Positions 61,829-64,000 of a stretch of 64,000 nt of DNA are shown here, one piece after another (within the stretch, counting starts at the first letter, position 1; the number at the start of each line of letters is the position of its first letter). The DNA lies in the IMG/VR virus record IMGVR_UViG_3300042197_000731, positions 59,285 through 123,284 of that record, one strand, 5' to 3'. The position numbers and the translations under genes are program-made. The DNA is from a virus. Under the pieces are notes generated by a model, which worked only from the letters and a program-made list of their open reading frames with translations, was not told the DNA's origin and did not search any database.

Positions 61829-64000
61829 TTACATTACATAAACTTGGCCAACACTGTTGCCTAAAACATCATTGAACATTAATTCCATATCACGGGCTAA
61901 CATTTCACTTATCTGTCTACGCTCAGTTTCATCACGGAATTCGGGTTTTATGTTCAAGTATTTACTCGGGTTACCAAATACTTTACGACCATAACCTAAG
62001 TTAGTTGGTAGTGGATTTAGTGTGATAGTACCAGTGCCTAAGTATTGTGCGAATAGTTCGTACATGAATTCATATGGGCGACGAATTTGTCCTGTACGAC
62101 TACTACGTTGTGTGCCAATGGCATTGAATAGTGCATTGTATTCTGGTGTTAAATTGTAATTAGGTTGATCTGCTTTACGAAAATCAAAAACACTACCAAC
62201 TTTACCATAATATTCATCTAACAAGCGATTGACGGTAGAGAAGAATAGTTTTTCAGTTTCCTGCCACGCACTCCATTTATCCCGTCTTGCTCCTGCCTGT
62301 ATAGCATGTCCAAAACGATGTGCCATAATCCACGGAGTCATCATGACTTTTGCGTCGCCACGATTGCTGACATAAACTACCGTGATAGCATCATCATGAT
62401 TATCTAGTATTTTTTTAGCATCCTCTTCGCCAAATACTTTAACAATCTGATCAGGTGTCATGGGACCATATTCTTGATATTGACCTAACCCTGGCTTATT
62501 AGCAAAAAATAAACGGAAATCGTATGGAGTTTGTTCAAAGAATTTAGCGGCTTTTAATTCACTTTTGGGATGTGGTACTAATCGTTTATCTACACCGCGG
62601 AATGATCCTGGCTTACTGAAGTCACCTAATGTCTTGTAACTGGCCAATGCCATTTCATCTACGGTGTCTTCTGCCACATCTTTTTCTATACGATGATTTC
62701 TACCACCTATCAGATCTTGAATAATTTTTATTGCTTCTTCTTCGCTGCCGGCACGCACTGTTCTCGTCTTGGTGTATAAGGGCTTTTCTCTATTGGTGAA
62801 ATACATGTCATAAGTGACGCGGTATTTCTGTTCGGTGTCTTCCGCCACAGATTGTTGTAGTGCGCCTTCCTTGTTCCCAGCGATAATGGCTGCAATCTTT
62901 GGAATGTTTGCCAGTGTGAATTCAACCCATTTTTTACCATCTAACTCTTGACTGTTGTATCCAGTTAATAATTTGCCATCATGCGCTTTATAATACTTAC
63001 CCACATGCATCATACCCTGAATACCTACGCCGCGCTTTTGTCTATCGTAAGCAAGTCTGGGATCATCATAGGCATATAACTGACTTGGTCCATATTCCGT
63101 TGGGTCTATTGGTATAAATCGTGCTTTAACTTGTTTTGGTTGTTGACTCATCTGTAATGTAAAGTTATCTTTTAACAGGTAAGCAATACCTTTAATGAAA
63201 ACTTGCCAGGGAATGTATTTAGAATTGCCGTCACCATCGTCACGGCGATCAGACGATGGAGAAAATTCATTCAATGAGCCCTCCGCTACACCTTGCTTGG
63301 TTTGAATTCGTTCTTGAACTTGTTTAACATCTTTTACTGTGCCATATAATGGTTTAGCATCTGAGTTACCCATAAATTTGTTAAAAAATTCTTTAGGGTT
63401 AAAGGGACCCTTAACACTGTAATCACCTTTAGACAATGTAAAATCTCTAGCCATATCTTCAATACTTCTAATACCCTTTACGTCAACTTGCCCTTCACCT
63501 GGGATATTAACAAATACATGTGTTATTTCATATGGAAATGATTTAGACCATGATTCACCTTGGTTATTTGACAAAATATAAATTTGTGAACCTAAATTAT
63601 TTAATGATAACGCGACTGCGAAAATGCCGCATCCTTCGTTCATATAATAATCTGTATCTAATTTACTATCTGTTTCTTTAGCCACACCTTCTTCCCAAAC
63701 ATTACCACCTTCTCCGCGATTTTTATCCCAAAACCTTTTACCCATACTAGTCTGATCACCGCGAATAATACGAAATCCCTGTGGCAAACTCTTTACCCAA
63801 TCATACATCTTCTTAGCGATACCGCGACCTCTATACTCCTCATCTACCGCAAGATCATCTGGAAATAATGTTCTTCCATCACGGTTGAATATCACATACC
63901 CAACCTGTTTGCCATCAACTATGGCTCGTACATCAACATTAGCGCCATCAATACTATAATCTAGTGTTAGATCTTCGTAATTGGTTCTGGCTTCTACTAA
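61829..64000 (-). CDS. modular polyprotein (GNAT plus several unknown modules, four GVAE-type junctions); 5' end beyond the window
   Basis: Frame open to 64000 (LVEARTNY...); VDEEYRGRGIA GNAT; repeat copies at 63676, 63280, 62839, 62668. Confidence 0.8.
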   Translation of the reverse strand, partial: LVEARTNYEDLTLDYSIDGANVDVRAIVDGKQVGYVIFNRDGRTLFPDDLAVDEEYRGRGIAKKMYDWVKSLPQGFRIIRGDQTSMGKRFWDKNRGEGGNVWEEGVAKETDSKLDTDYYMNEGCGIFAVALSLNNLGSQIYILSNNQGESWSKSFPYEITHVFVNIPGEGQVDVKGIRSIEDMARDFTLSKGDYSVKGPFNPKEFFNKFMGNSDAKPLYGTVKDVKQVQERIQTKQGVAEGSLNEFSPSSDRRDDGDGNSKYIPWQVFIKGIAYLLKDNFTLQMSQQPKQVKARFIPIDPTEYGPSQLYAYDDPRLAYDRQKRGVGIQGMMHVGKYYKAHDGKLLTGYNSQELDGKKWVEFTLANIPKIAAIIAGNKEGALQQSVAEDTEQKYRVTYDMYFTNREKPLYTKTRTVRAGSEEEAIKIIQDLIGGRNHRIEKDVAEDTVDEMALASYKTLGDFSKPGSFRGVDKRLVPHPKSELKAAKFFEQTPYDFRLFFANKPGLGQYQEYGPMTPDQIVKVFGEEDAKKILDNHDDAITVVYVSNRGDAKVMMTPWIMAHRFGHAIQAGARRDKWSAWQETEKLFFSTVNRLLDEYYGKVGSVFDFRKADQPNYNLTPEYNALFNAIGTQRSSRTGQIRRPYEFMYELFAQYLGTGTITLNPLPTNLGYGRKVFGNPSKYLNIKPEFRDETERRQISEMLARDMELMFNDVLGNSVGQVYVM
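62668..63691 (-). repeat. four degenerate copies of the 16-bp CAAGGTGTGGCGGAAG repeat
   Basis: 2-3 mismatches each; spacings 171/441/396 bp, all in frame. Confidence 0.75.

Noticed and set aside
1-64000. Stop-codon reassignment (alternative genetic code)
   Set aside because: Conserved genes are full length under code 11 and coding density is high
1-64000. tRNA/rRNA genes, integrase, transposase, reverse transcriptase (DGR)
   Set aside because: No cloverleaf/T-loop signature or corresponding protein motifs seen by eye; a tRNAscan run would be needed to exclude tRNAs formally

Overview
This is a densely coding, AT-rich 64-kb segment of a large (jumbo-type) tailed phage with T4-like features. 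Almost all genes lie on the minus strand. The host is probably Gram-negative, given the spanins, an outer-membrane beta-barrel and proteobacterial-type AhpC/AhpD/GuaC/ClpA. Replication genes include RNase H, a probable sliding clamp, a clamp loader, DNA ligase and a family B DNA polymerase split in two by a split intein, with a free-standing endonuclease between the halves. The window also has a lysis cassette, baseplate/tail genes, several HNH endonucleases and many host-like auxiliary genes (Dps, SOD, AhpC/D, GuaC, PhoH, ClpA, DnaJ, GroES, IF-1, MazG). The most striking unexplained structure lies in two clusters of late-promoter genes (about 11-20 kb and 51-64 kb). Their products begin with a T4-like capsid-targeting leader (M-x-x-x-E-F/I/L..E) and are mosaics of unrelated modules. 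In three genes the modules are joined in frame by a 16-bp DNA repeat, CAAGGTGTGGCGGAAG (QGVAE[G/D/A]; 11 copies), whose synonymous codon positions are conserved. This suggests a cassette-shuffling system whose junction doubles as a prohead-protease cleavage site. All functional calls come from motif recognition by eye; no database searches were run.
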